The notes beneath the pieces are model-generated. The model was given only the letters and a program-made list of their open reading frames with translations. It was not told the origin of the DNA and did no database searches. The translations under genes were made by a program, and so were the position numbers. DNA of 64,000 nt, from positions 75,702,001 through 75,766,000 of the forward strand of contig OX597821.1 of the NCBI GenBank assembly GCA_951406725.2, in the 5' to 3' direction. This stretch comes from Octopus vulgaris (lineage: Eukaryota). Of the stretch, positions 1 to 12,910 are shown piece after piece; within the stretch, counting starts at the first letter, position 1; each line of letters begins with the position of its first letter.

Positions 1-372
1 TGAAATATTTAAATATATTTACATTTTAAGATGGAAGTATTAAAATATAATATAGTTTCTCTTTAATACAAATTTACCATCTATCTACCTATATATCTGT
101 CTGTCTATTTATTTGTCTATTTCTCTCTCCCCCTCTCATTCATCTCTCTGTCTGTTTACATGTATATCTATTAATATACTTAAGTTGATATCTACGATAA
201 GTTTGTCTCCCATATGCTTCTACATTAAAACTAAAAGTTTGTATTATATAATTTACAATTAGTCGCATTTTATATGATCATATATACAATTTAGGATTTG
301 TAACAACGCACTTTCTCTCATGGATGCAAGAATCATATGTATATATATATATTGGTGTATCTTCTTGCGCTG

Positions 373-413
<41 letters not shown>

Positions 414-950
414 CACACACACATAGATGCATGTTGTCGCAGCAGAAACACGTGTCCACGTTTATCCTCTTATTTTCAGACAATATGTCCAATGAGATGT
501 CAGCTTTAGAGACATCTTGACGTTGTCTCCTTTTGTCATATAAAGCAGCCCTTAATTGCCATTTTATTCATTGTATAACATCTTCAAAAGGAAAAGAATT
601 TACGTCTATATTATATTTGATACACCTGTATTTGTGTATCATTTTCATACATATGCTATTGGCCACTTTGTGTCATTTCTTTTACTCCCTTTTTATATAT
701 ACACACACAAACACACACTCACACTTCAATATATTATATTATGATGTATTATATTACATATTATATTCTTTTTCAAACAACTTGCTTGCAAGTTTAAGGG
801 GTCATCAGGAGAGAATGGATATTTTCATACATATGTGTACGCACTCGACTATGGAAATTCCAAAAGGGATTTACCTCGAAATATAAAAGACGATTTTAAG
901 TTAATTTGGAGTAAAACTAAAATGAATGTGTGAAATATGAAAATAAAGTA

Positions 951-1340
951 TTATTATTTTTATTTTTTTTATTTCATCTAGTTTCAGCTCACGAGCTGTG
1001 GCCATGCTGGGGTAAGGCTATTTGGTGTTGCTACATAATTTTACTTAACGAATGCTTTTTAGCTATTGACATTTGGTGCATGAGAAAGTTTGATACAGCT
1101 GCCCTCGTCTGCACTTCCTACCGCGAAGTTAGTTCATCTGGGACACCTGACAGGAAGAGGTCCAGCATTATTTTGAAGACACCTACATCTACTCCATGCA
1201 GGTCTCTCAGGTCCTTCGGTGGGATATAGAAGAGCTGTGGACCTCTGAAGCCCAGGCTATTGCAGTATCTTGTCCTAAGTCTTGATGGCAAATTTGGAAA
1301 CCTTGGCTCTATGCAGTGGAGCCCAGTTATTCTATACCTT
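951..1340 (-). mobile_element. CR1/L2-group LINE 3' fragment (ORF2 C-terminus, 3' UTR, A-rich tail)
   Basis: Minus frame reads ...NSLGFRGPQLFYIPPKDLRDLHGVDVGVFKIMLDLFLSGVPDE, resembling CR1-type ORF2 C-termini (SF..RG..L.N.LP..........FK..LD.FL). It ends in CCCCAGCATGGCCACAGCTCGTGAGCTGAAAC plus an A-rich tail. Confidence 0.75.
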
Positions 1341-1881
1341 CCATATTGCCGAATAATGTAACACGTTTTTGGCAAGTGGTGGTCAGTGGCAGGAAGATGT
1401 GACTTGAATGTTTCATATACACTAGATTTCGTGAAAATTTTATAGTAATTATATAATAAAATTGCTTCGATACAATATTTAATGGCGTCAAGCGTTAAAC
1501 ATTTTATATTTCAGCCATCAGAGATTTTGTGTACTATTGCAATCGGTTTTGTTTGTGTAAATATTTTTCATATCTATATGTAGTATAAATATAGAGCGGT
1601 GGAAGAACAATGCACTAATATTTACTGGAAATAGCAGTCGATACAACGCTATAGTAAAGCTTCACTATATATTTATATGTAAATAATATTTATATGTAAA
1701 TAGACTGAGTTTCTAAGGAACGTTAAACGCACCTCATGAAATACATGTAGAAGAGAAACTTAGAACTGATTAGTAAGTATTAAAATAAAATTCTATGATA
1801 TGGTGTTATGTATATATATATATATATATTAATATATTGTTAATATATTTTAAATATATATATATAAAGAGAGACAGAGAG

Positions 1882-1960
<79 letters not shown>

Positions 1961-2527
1961 TGTACATACATACATATGTATGTAATATATATAAATATGC
2001 ACACATGTAAATATGTATGTCTGTATGTATGAAGGAAGATGTAACTGATATGTAAATGATTGTAATTCATTTCCAAGTTCTGGCTTACTTTGCCGTTATA
2101 AGATGCAAATATTGATATGCATGTGTCTGTTTTTCTGTGAGCGAGTGAATAGGTGCAAGCGTGCGTATGCATATGTGTGTCTCTGAGTATGAGGGTGAGT
2201 TATGTGTGTGTGTGTGTTTGTGTTGTCACTAGTTGGAAGATCTGTACCCAGTGAAAGCGATTGTGAAAAAGCACAGTGTCATTATCTTTGAAGAAAACTG
2301 TTTTCCTTACAGTCGGCCGACATTTTTTGAACTTTGAACAACTGAGTGTCCCTCGGCTTTTCATTAGTGTCGTTCGTCTAAATAGGTATTGCACCTAAAT
2401 TACTGGAACACACACATGCATCTATGCATACACAACTATAAATATGCATATAGGAATACGGTTGTATATATACGAGTATGCCTCGAGTATGCATGTACGT
2501 ATGTACGTGTGAATGCATGTATGTAAG

Positions 2528-2583
<56 letters not shown>

Positions 2584-2672
2584 CATATGTATATATATAT
2601 ATACCCACATATATATATGTATGTGTGTATATATATATATGGGTATATATATATATAATATTATATATATTT

Positions 2673-2703
<31 letters not shown>

Positions 2704-2800
2704 ACGACCTTTTACACACACATATCTATATCTAACTATCTTTCTATATATATACATATATACATACATACATATACCCATACATAGATACATACATATA

Positions 2801-2850
<50 letters not shown>

Positions 2851-2867
2851 GAGAGAGAGAGAGAGAG

Positions 2868-2912
<45 letters not shown>

Positions 2913-3388
2913 TACCTATACATATATGAGATTATTAATTGGTCAGCTTTTGTTATCTGAACAGGGTAGGAAATCCGTTCGCCAGATTCGTGAAAGGCCG
3001 GTCATAATGAATGCAACTAGACAAATGTTAGCATTGTTCCGCTTAATACCTGTTTCTTTACACTGCTCTGTAAAGTAGATATTCTATTTCCTTATCATCT
3101 TCAAACTGTCATCAAATGGTGATTGTGAGCAAATATCATACAATCATGAACTCTGACGTTATTATTTCGTCTACATCATGTATATCATCATCTATCATCT
3201 ACGCCGTGCACTTTAATATATGCATTGAACTGACCAGCGCCACTCATATATCATTACGACGAAACTGCTTATATTTTTCAATATTTATACGTTGCATTTA
3301 ATATCATACATGCAACTATGTTGCCAAAGCCCTTTCCTCCCGCGTTTATATTTTCCTGTTACACACACAAACACACTCATAAAGTTAT

Positions 3389-3429
<41 letters not shown>

Positions 3430-3458
3430 TACATATGCATATACATATATATATATAG

Positions 3459-3496
<38 letters not shown>

Positions 3497-3729
3497 ATAT
3501 ATATATATACATGCACCTATACAAAAATATATATGTATATATAAGTGTATATATGTATATATATATATTTATACATATATATATATATGTCTATTTATAA
3601 ATATATATATATAAATGTCTATTTATAAATATATATTTATGTATATATGTATATATATAGATATTAATATATATGTAGATATATGTATATATACATGTAT
3701 ATATATATGTGTGTGTGTGTATATATATA

Positions 3730-3760
<31 letters not shown>

Positions 3761-4252
3761 CTAGAGAGAGAGAGAAAGAGATACATCCACACACACATAC
3801 ACGCGTATATTATTGTTTTGTGTGATTAGTCTGTAGATTTGCGGATGTCCCATTTATCACTCAGTAAGAAAAGCGATGTTTGAAACTGATAGAAGTGGCC
3901 AAAGTATAACTGGACAGAAAGAATGTCAGTCTTATTAAACCTGCTAATGAGCATATTCCATGTCCATCAGTTTGTCTGAAATATCTATGGTTATGCCAAA
4001 ACGTAAAGGGATACACAAATTCCTGACGTGGTATGTCTCCCTTCTTCTGTCTTGTCTGAATCTAATATAAATTAGCAGTTCAAAAAATGTACCTTCATGA
4101 ATAAAGATGTTGCATACACAGATTTCTGAATATTTATAGAATGCTTTTTTTCTTGATAAAACGTAAATTTCAAAAGACAAAGAAAATACCAGGAAACACA
4201 TTTACCTAAATGTCCTTCATTTCTTGCCTCCATCAAACATGTTAAGTTTATC

Positions 4253-4298
<46 letters not shown>

Positions 4299-4442
4299 AG
4301 AGAGAGAGAGAGAGAAAATGTGAGAAAGCGAAAGAGATAGATAAATAGGTTGCTAGCTAAATAGATAGATATATTCAAACATGTTCAAGAATTACACAAA
4401 TTTATGCATGCATATACATATGAGACATACATATATACACAA

Positions 4443-4539
<97 letters not shown>

Positions 4540-4549
4540 GTATATATTT

Positions 4550-4902
4550 CTTCCAGCGTTCACCATTTTCCTCTTATTCTGGTCTAACGACCTTCCATGT
4601 CTGTTTTCGTTCGGTTACCTTGTATGTCTCCACTGTCCAGTTTTTGTCCCCAACTTTGATCCTCCATAAACCCTAAATATTATGTGGGAATTTATGGGAG
4701 CAACTGTCCTTGAAGACTCATATTGTCGTTGAATGCTCGAAATGAGGAGTAGACAGACACTCGACAGACACTCGACAACGGATGAAGGGTCGTTCTTTGT
4801 GTTTATCTGTACTGTTTTCCATTTTTGTCTTTTGTTGTTTGCGCAGTTCTCGTTTGTTTTTGTATTCCATGTTGTTTACACTGTAGTTGACGTCTTGTAC
4901 CT
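4550..4902. mobile_element. Unclassified ~350-bp element embedded in (TA)n
   Basis: Complex sequence bounded on both sides by (TA)n runs, the same context as the hammerhead-bearing elements at 11.6, 23.6 and 38.7 kb. Only one copy in the window. Confidence 0.3.
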
Positions 4903-4967
4903 ATATATATATATATATATATATATATACGGAGAGTAGAAGTGTAATCCCATGCAGAAAAAATATT

Positions 4968-5513
4968 TCAGAAATGATTTTGTGGTTTCAAAATGCACCT
5001 GAATTTGTAGTCGTTTTCAAATTCTTGTTTTGTAACAGATTTATTGATATACCAAACCGGTTTCGACGATGTTTAGCTTATCAATATTAAAAATATGCAA
5101 ATAAAGTGTTTACGCGAATTGAGGTAAAATTCTGGAAATCATGTCTAAACGATCAAATATTCAAATGTTTACAAAACGCTGTATGTGTTTTACAGGGGTA
5201 TATAAGAATATAAGTGTAAATGTTCGATTCGATGAAGGTCATAACATACATACTGAAAATTTACTATGATATGACTGTCTATCTCTTTGAAACGCATTGA
5301 AATTTCTGTAAACATTTCATCGTTTAAACTTTGTTTTCCGAATTACACCTTGTAACTTTTAACTCGTTTAACCTCTTTAGTTACATATTTGTACAATTGA
5401 TGAGCAAAACATTGTCGAAACCGGTTTGGTATTTGAATAGATCTATTACAAAATTTTCAAACGACTACACGTTTTGAAACTCAGGTGTATTTTCAAACAT
5501 AAAAACAAATTCT
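4968..5513. mobile_element. Foldback/MITE-like element with long imperfect inverted arms
   Basis: TACCAAACCGGTTTCGACGATGTTT (~5050) is the near reverse complement of AAACATTGTCGAAACCGGTTTGGTA (~5407). Outer and inner segments also pair (TGTAGTCGTTT/AAACGACTACA; AAATGTTTACA/TGTAAACATTT). Confidence 0.65.
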
Positions 5514-6765
5514 CTTATACACACGTACACATAACAACACACACACAAACACACAATAAGTGGTCAAGCAACGTAAGAGATAAATCCATCTTCTTAATAT
5601 GTTTTCTTGGCAACAATATCATTATAGTTGTTAGATTATTAATTATTGCAGAAATATATGTGATACTTTGTAAAGCCTTTCGTACTGTTGTCTCGAAACC
5701 TTACGATATTTTGAATTTCAGCATCAGTTTTCGGATTACATCTAATTAATATTAACATCAGAGAGAAGAAATTTGTAGCTAAATAACAATTTATAAATTT
5801 GAACTTATGAAATATATCATTACAAAAATGATTATATTTATATTCTCTTGAATTTTATTAGTTATAAGCTAATGAATTTTTAAATATCTAATGGAGTCTG
5901 TGTTGCAAGGACTCCTTGATTTCCGGTCGAAAAATATATCTCCTTTAACTACTTCAACATGCTTTTACATTTAATCCAGACATTTCCTGTTTTGCCTCCA
6001 GGTATATTGTACCAAGAGACTTCCCAAAGTACTTCCGATCTGCAAAGCAGATGCATATGGAATATTGCATTTGATTTTACAGAAAATACTGCAATTTATA
6101 ATGATGCACACACATACATACACAATGTTGCGTTTTGCCTGGTTCTTTTTTTTTTTTTCAATAAAATCTGCATTACCAAAAGTGAAGAATACATAAAGAT
6201 TCTCTGCTCTTAGCTGAAAACGTGTTTTCTGCTTTGCTGCTGGTATTTCAAACCACAATTCATTTTAAGGGAATTTATGAAACACTGAGAGTTAGAAACT
6301 TTGCAATACTTTTTCTATTTTGTCAATAATAGAGTTTTATATATAATGTATTTAATAATGTATTGGCTAAAAATCTCTGAAGACAGTTTCATCTTGGCTT
6401 GAACCGCTAGACGGCAGCTATAAGGGAAATACTTGGAGACTTGGGTCAGTGACTCGTATTACATATAGGTGCGGATGAGCACTGCATGTAAAACAAATTT
6501 CAGTCTTGTATCTAACCGGTTCTTATAGGTCTGCAAATAGAGGTGTGTTGCTATGAATTTGAGAACAGCCTTCACACAGCTCGGCAAGTGTTTTCTCTTC
6601 TAGTCATAAGGCCCGAAATTGGCATTTTGTTTTCCTTTTTCTTTTTCATCTTAATCCTGTGCGATGAAATTGGATGTGCTGGAAGCCTGAACTATGGCGT
6701 CCACTAACAAAATATTTCTAAACCAGCATCGAAAATCTACCACCATCAATATTAACACCGTCAAA

Positions 6766-6879
6766 AACCACCGCCGCCACCACCGCCACCACCGCCACCA
6801 CAGCCGCCGCCACCGCCGCCTCTGTCAATTACAACCACCACCACCCCTACAAGCACCGCCACCAGCACCATCACTACCA

Positions 6880-6910
<31 letters not shown>

Positions 6911-6919
6911 AACTACTAC

Positions 6920-6980
<61 letters not shown>
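6766..6980. repeat. Compound trinucleotide microsatellite (CAC/CGC)n grading into (CTA)n
   Basis: Seen directly. Confidence 0.95.
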
Positions 6981-6981
<1 letters not shown>

Positions 6982-7286
6982 GAAAGTGACAATTTACAGT
7001 AGAACAGAAAGAATTCCTGCGTCAGTTGATAAAATGGTGAACAGAAATGCTGACGCAGTCTGACGGGATTGGATGTAGCTTGGCTGATTGTAACAAAACC
7101 TCTGAGAGGATGCTGCACAGTTGGATGAGTAAAACAGGTTTGGAACAGCAGAAAATATGGAGAAAATGGTCCAGTGTAGGTATGAAACACTGGACTACTG
7201 AATTCGTAGGGGGGAAACCAAAAATTGCGATGGTGAACAATACCCTTCCTTGTGTCAAAATTCGGAACCATTATTACATGAGTGAC

Positions 7287-7509
7287 AAGGCGGAGAGCTG
7301 GCAGAACCGTGAGCATGCCGGGCAAAATGTTTTGCGCTATCTTATCTGTCCTTATGGCCTGAGCTCAAATTCCGAAGAGGTCGACTTCGTCTTTTATTCT
7401 TTCGGAGTCGATGGAATAAGTACCAGTTGAACACGGAGGAAAGGGGTTGATGTCATCATCTTACTCCCGCCCCCAAACCTACTGGAATTGTGCCAAAATT
7501 TGAAACCAG
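7287..7509 (+). mobile_element. tRNA-derived SINE, group M (Meta-domain-like core), diverged monomer with tail X
   Basis: AAGGCGGAGAGCTGGCAGAA head, GAGCTCAAATTCC box-B region, GAGGTCGACTT...TTCGGAGTCGAT...AAGTACCAG core; alignable to 35189-35402. Confidence 0.8.
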
Positions 7510-9036
7510 TATTACATACATGACACACTATCGAATGTGAAATAAAATATAAGCCGACTTATGACTGATTCATTTTATTTTCTCAATGGTACAAGATTGG
7601 TGGGCCGGGAATATTAGGGAGGATACCTACACCTGTTTTCTATTTCAACAAAGACCCATATATTATTTTAATGTTGACGAAGACTATTTAGGTAACTTGA
7701 AATGAAGCTGGAACGGATTGGTTATTTACCAAACGCGATTAATTGAATAAGTAAATGAAAATTACATCAATATATAACATATCTCCTGTGGCCATAAGCG
7801 TATGTTTCGATCTAAATAAAAAATGAATACGATACATTATTATGACGAAACTACACGAGTTACCCACCTTTGATCCCTCTTTCGATTCTCATATTCTGTG
7901 AACTTGTGGATAAATGTCAACCATTAGTATGTATCATTTCTTCCTATAATATAAGCGTATCTACAGCATGTTTAAAAGAAACAATGTTTTGTAATAGCAT
8001 TAGACTATTGTTTGTTCTCATCATTAGTTAGTAAATATAGCAGTTATTAACTTCTGATTTCTTAGAATTAAATTCACATCACGTTCCTTAAGAATACAAG
8101 TTTCGCTTGACTCAAGATTCTTACAACATTCTTTACCTCCACCATATACGTTCTTTATTCGGAAAAGACAAGCCAAAATTGGTTTTCGCAGCACAAAATC
8201 GTGGCGGTATTTTCTAAGCATAAATGTGGTTGGTGAGGATGCTTTGAATAATATATTATCGAGATTTTTGGCTGTGCATCTGTAGTATGTTTTCAAATTA
8301 CATTTCGAGACTTAAAAGACTGATAAAAAGAATTAAAAAAAAAAATAATACAAAAGCAAAAACTATTTTTTAAAACAAATATGACAATGCTGCTGTGATA
8401 TTAAAAGCAATTACGCATGAAAGAAAAGGTGAAATGTACATTCATTTCTATTATGTTTGCTTCCAGTGAATTAGAAAACCTAACTATGACAAAATTTACA
8501 TATTTTAACAACCTGAAGCATCCATGCATGTAAGCAATATCTTACTTGGGTTTTACTGTCAACCACTGGTGACAGAACAAACCCTATTCTTAAGCAGTTA
8601 TCGATATTTCATCAATTGTAGAAGACCTGACAGAAACGAAATGCATAATGCAGGCAAAAAGAAAAAAAGTCTATTACAATTGCCAAAGAAAAAATTTAAA
8701 TACAAAATATAGAAACTAAAACATTGATAATGTCCATGAAATTGAAGGGAACAACCCCCACCACACAGCTTCCTCGGTGAGATTCCTTAATGGTTGTGAC
8801 GTCAATACTGCTTCTTCACTTAAGCAAGTTGTTTACTGAGTAAATTATCCACTACATTGTGTTCTAGCTTCGCCTGTTGTTCTTTGCCCTTCTCTAACAC
8901 TTGCTTTCACAACTATAAAGTAAATATAATTATCAAAACATATTCATTACTTTGCTGATTTCAGTTTCGTTTCAGGGTTTTTCTTTCTCCTACTGCCGTT
9001 ACTATAACACAACGGTGTCACAAAAATGATGATAGC

Positions 9037-9080
<44 letters not shown>

Positions 9081-9104
9081 TAATAATAATAATAATAATA
9101 AAAA

Positions 9105-9857
9105 TAATGGAGCAGACCCAAAATGCCGATTCTGCAACGACATGATTGAAACAGTGGACCACCTAATCTCTGGATGTAAAGTCTTAGCACCAGTGGAGTA
9201 TAAATTAAGACATGACAGAGTTGGCTAATATCTCCACTGGCTAATAAGTCGGCATTACAATATCAAAACTGCCGACAAGTGGTATAATCACCACCCTGAG
9301 GCTGTAACTGAAAGAGAAAATGTAACCATTCTGTGGGACTTTCCAGTACATACAGACCGAACCATCAAGGCCAATAAACCATATATTGTTGTGAAAGACC
9401 AAAACAATAAAGTTTGCTTATTGATCGACATGAGCATCCCCTGTGATCATAATATCTCAGCGAAAGAGTTTGACAAGCTCAGAAAATATAAAGACCTACT
9501 CATTGAAATTGAGAAAATGTGGCATCTCAAGGCGGTTACAATACCAGTGATCGTAGGAGCACTAGGAATGATCAAGAAGGGAACCGAAAATTATATGAGA
9601 ATGATCCCTGGCTTACCATCCCTGCAAGAAGTGCAAAAGATTGTCTTAACTGGTACATCACACGTATTGAGAAGAGCATTGTCGATGTGAGAACTGTTGC
9701 TGCTCATGTATTTTAATTTAACTTAAAAAAAAAAAATGAACGAACTACTGAGTTTGGTTTAATGGCCTACCAATGTATACTATGAGTTTCTTTGCCCTAG
9801 GAGTCGGGAAGACACTCGGCAAGAAATGGAAGCAAATTTGAAAGAAGAAAAAAAAAA

Positions 9858-9858
<1 letters not shown>
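9105..9858 (+). mobile_element. R4/Dong-type non-LTR retrotransposon, family A, 5'-truncated copy in (TAA)n
   Basis: Encodes NGADPKCRFCNDMIETVDHLISGC (CCHC knuckle), RHD, ILWDF and IDMSIP...KY of the restriction-like endonuclease. Has a premature TAA at 9226 and catalytic PD changed to PY at 9382. Flanked by (TAA)n on both sides and nearly identical to 58551-59350. Confidence 0.92.
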
Positions 9859-9903
<45 letters not shown>

Positions 9904-9929
9904 TGATGATGATGATATTAAATAATGTA

Positions 9930-10108
9930 CGTGGAACTAATAGTGGCTGCAAAAAGGGTGGAGCACTTGCAGAAAACAGCACTGCTTAGAAACGCTCGAA
10001 AACTCCGGAAGGTACTCGAAAAGTAAGAGGTGTTATACCTTAGTTCACTGGTAGTGAACAGCTAACACCATAGTATATTTCCAGCGTTAGAAGCTGTGCA
10101 AAGGCAAT
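9930..10108 (+). mobile_element. R4/Dong-type family B, 3' end fragment
   Basis: Frame VEHLQKTALLRNARKLRKVLEK* (9958-10026) matches the LQK..LLGTARILR.VL C-terminus of this clade, followed by a short 3' UTR and a TGA/TAA tail. Confidence 0.7.
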
Positions 10109-10124
10109 GATGATAATAATATGG

Positions 10125-10800
10125 TATGAACAAAAATTGCAGAGAGTGACTTACTAACTGCAGCCTACGGTATCATGCTATTCGTTCTTTTAAGCAATCT
10201 GATACTTTCTTGATTATTCTGGCCGTGCCAAGGTGGCAAACCTTTTGTAACAGTTCTACTAGGCACTCTATTCCAAATTCCTTTATACTCCAGTTGATGT
10301 CTTCTAGTGCCAATAATAATTGGCACTATCTTCACCTTTTTCATTTTCCATAGCCGAACTATTTCGTACTTAAAAGGGCTATATTTACCTATCTTTTCGC
10401 CTTCCTTATTGATTATTCATGGGTCAAAGGGACATGCAACATCAATTATATAAAATATATGGTGCCCCTTGTCCACCACCCCGAGATCCTATCTTTTATG
10501 CTCAGCACCTGATCTGTTTGGATTGGGAAGTCCCAGAGTATTTTGCTAGTCTCCGACTCTGCTACTCTCTGCGACATTCGAAGTCTGCCCGCATTGATCA
10601 CAAGCCCCTATCTCCTTTATCTCTTCTTAGGGTAAGCCTGTCGATTTCACTATTTATGTGGAGATTTCCAGTTGACGTCAGTATCTTGCAATTTTTCAAG
10701 TCTATGGAATGGATTTCTTCTACAGACCAGTTAAGAATCCTTAATGTTGGAAACTGCACTGGTACTGTAAACACATTGTGGGATATTGCCTTCTTGTAAG
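10125..10800 (-). mobile_element. R4/Dong-type family C, internally deleted degenerate relic
   Basis: Minus-strand peptides ILNWSVEEIHSID.K..KILT....HINSEIDRL.LRRDKGDRGL, SKILWDFPIQTDQV, IIDVACPFD...KEGEKIGKYSP.KYEIVRLWKMKKVKIVPIIIG and ELLQKVCHLGTARIIKKV are collinear with the family A protein. Confidence 0.8.
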
Positions 10801-11632
10801 AGGAGAATTTCGACTGCCATGTATGCCTGTATGTATGTATGTATGTATGTATGTATGTATGTATGTATGTATGTATGTATGTGCAAATGCTCATGCATGT
10901 ATGTATGCATTATGTATGTATGTATGTGAGTGTATATGTTTATGCATGTATGTATGTATTATGAATGTATGTGAGAGCATATGCTTATGTATGTATGTGT
11001 GTGAGTGCATATGCTTAATATGGCGTATATGAAAAACCTTAGATGAATCTAATATATTTTAACTACAGATTTTAAGCCTTCGCTATTCAGCGTTAAAAAG
11101 AGGCGAATAATTTTGATATACTCATTGCACTCAGGAAAATAACAGAGTTGTCTGTTTAAATCAAGCATACTCTAGAATTTTGTTGTAAATATCTAGTGCA
11201 ATTAGCACAGTGCACGTTTGTTGGCGGCATAATTAATTTCCTAAGTTGGAAAATCAAAAATAAATTTAAATTAGTGAAATTAACTTCTTAATGTAAATGC
11301 AAGAAATACACGCTACGAAATCCTAAGAGTTGAACATTAATGTATTGTTCATAAGCATCAAATCAATTGTAAAACGTTAGATGTATCGACAGCCCTAGGA
11401 TTTGTACTCTGAGCCAAATATCAGAAACTCTCTTTTATCTGAAATATTTCCTTCAAAGAAAGCTCCTTATCTAGCGTCGGGTAATCGACGGGAGACCCAA
11501 GATTTGAGTATGCTTGCTCACATGCATAAAATCATGGAGGTTTAACAGAAAAATGAGTTCAAAAATAAACTCCAAGCTTATAAAACAATATATATATATA
11601 TATATATATATATCGCCATATATATATATATA

Positions 11633-11822
11633 TCGCCATGATAGATCGGTAGCCACTAAACACATTTTTTTCTCTCCTTGTATCTTTCTGCGTTCCTTTC
11701 TGTAGAAGAGCCTAGGCTCGAAACGTAAAAGACTTTTTCTATTTCTGAGCGTTATACTAATACATCTGTTTGTTTTGTACACCACCTGTCTTCGTCTTTT
11801 GTTTTTTTTTCGTGAACTCTCC
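11633..11822 (+). mobile_element. ~190-bp (TA)n-embedded repeat, Penelope pLTR/retrozyme-like, copy 1
   Basis: Homologous to 23655-23843, both in or next to (TA)n; contains a hammerhead-like motif. Confidence 0.75.
11696..11731 (+). ncRNA. Minimal type I hammerhead-like motif with variant core CUGUAGA
   Basis: CTTT-CTGTAGA-A-GAGC(CTAG)GCTC-GAAA-C-GTA-AAAG: stem I CTTT/AAAG, stem II GAGC/GCTC, palindromic ACGT in place of stem III, GUA triplet. Confidence 0.55.
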
Positions 11823-12796
11823 ATATATATATATTAATATTTACTACTTACATACATAAATGCATACATACATACATGTTTTTGTGTGTGTTTGCTCTAT
11901 GACAGTCCATGAAAAGTGATGACAGCATGTATCCATGATATTCATCTTTCTCCGCATCCAGCTTATTGCTTCTGATGAGAAAAGAGGTGGCTGGTAAGAC
12001 CGTTATGAGATAAGCAGAACCTGCGACACTGAGGGTGTCTTCCGAAATAGAACAATAGTGTTAAAATAGATTGTTTGCTCAGATTATTTAGGAATTAATG
12101 TCTGGACTTATTATTTCCTAGGAATCGATTGTTCATATCAATTACGAGAGGCAAGATTCGTTTGTTAGTCTGTGTATAATATATACCGAGCAAGTCAACT
12201 TAAAACGGATTATTCCTTTAGACGCCCTCCCTAAAGAAGCTGAATTTAAAAGTGCAAATAAACGAAACGTTCGTTAGATTTACATCCGAATCGCTTTAAC
12301 CTGTGGTATTTGTCAACATTAAGGTGGTTTGCCAGATTTCAGGAGTAGAGAAACCTGATTCGAATCAAACTTCTACTGCACAGTTGCAAGCCCTGTTGAC
12401 CTCTGAATACATTGTCTCTTCTCTAAAATCTCCTACCTCTGTGACATCAATAGAATGGTGCAGTTTGTGGAAACATTATTAGACTATTACCCACCGATAA
12501 CAATTTTAGTGACAACGTGTCTTTAACGAGTCAGTGGATGCTGACGTGATTTTCAGCTCAGGTACTGAAAACTATAATTTATATATGAAACGGAAGCATA
12601 CTGCATTCGCTCCAACGGTTATTGGTACTTTCGTCTCCCTCCTTGTAGATTCTACATTTGCTGTCGGACTAAATTTTGTCGATCTTTGCTTTTATCAGAT
12701 TTTTTTGTTTGTAATGGTTGTTTCAGTCTCTCGTTTGAAGTTCCCGTCTTCCAACGAGGGTTCTTTACTTCCAGCATTCTCGGTTTGTTGCATAAA

Positions 12797-12803
12797 TCAT
12801 CAC

Positions 12804-12861
<58 letters not shown>

Positions 12862-12910
12862 GTCGTCGTCGTCATCGTCATCATCATCGTCGTCGTCGTC
12901 GTCATCGTCA
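12797..12910. repeat. (CAT)n/(CGT)n microsatellite
   Basis: Seen directly. Confidence 0.95.

Noticed and set aside
3941-8917. Minus-strand exon-like segments (~3941-4061, ~5950-6089, ~8710-8917) with AG acceptor-like ends and one open frame each
   Set aside because: No recognisable protein, weak or absent donors, and no consistent phase. RNA-seq or BLASTX would be needed.
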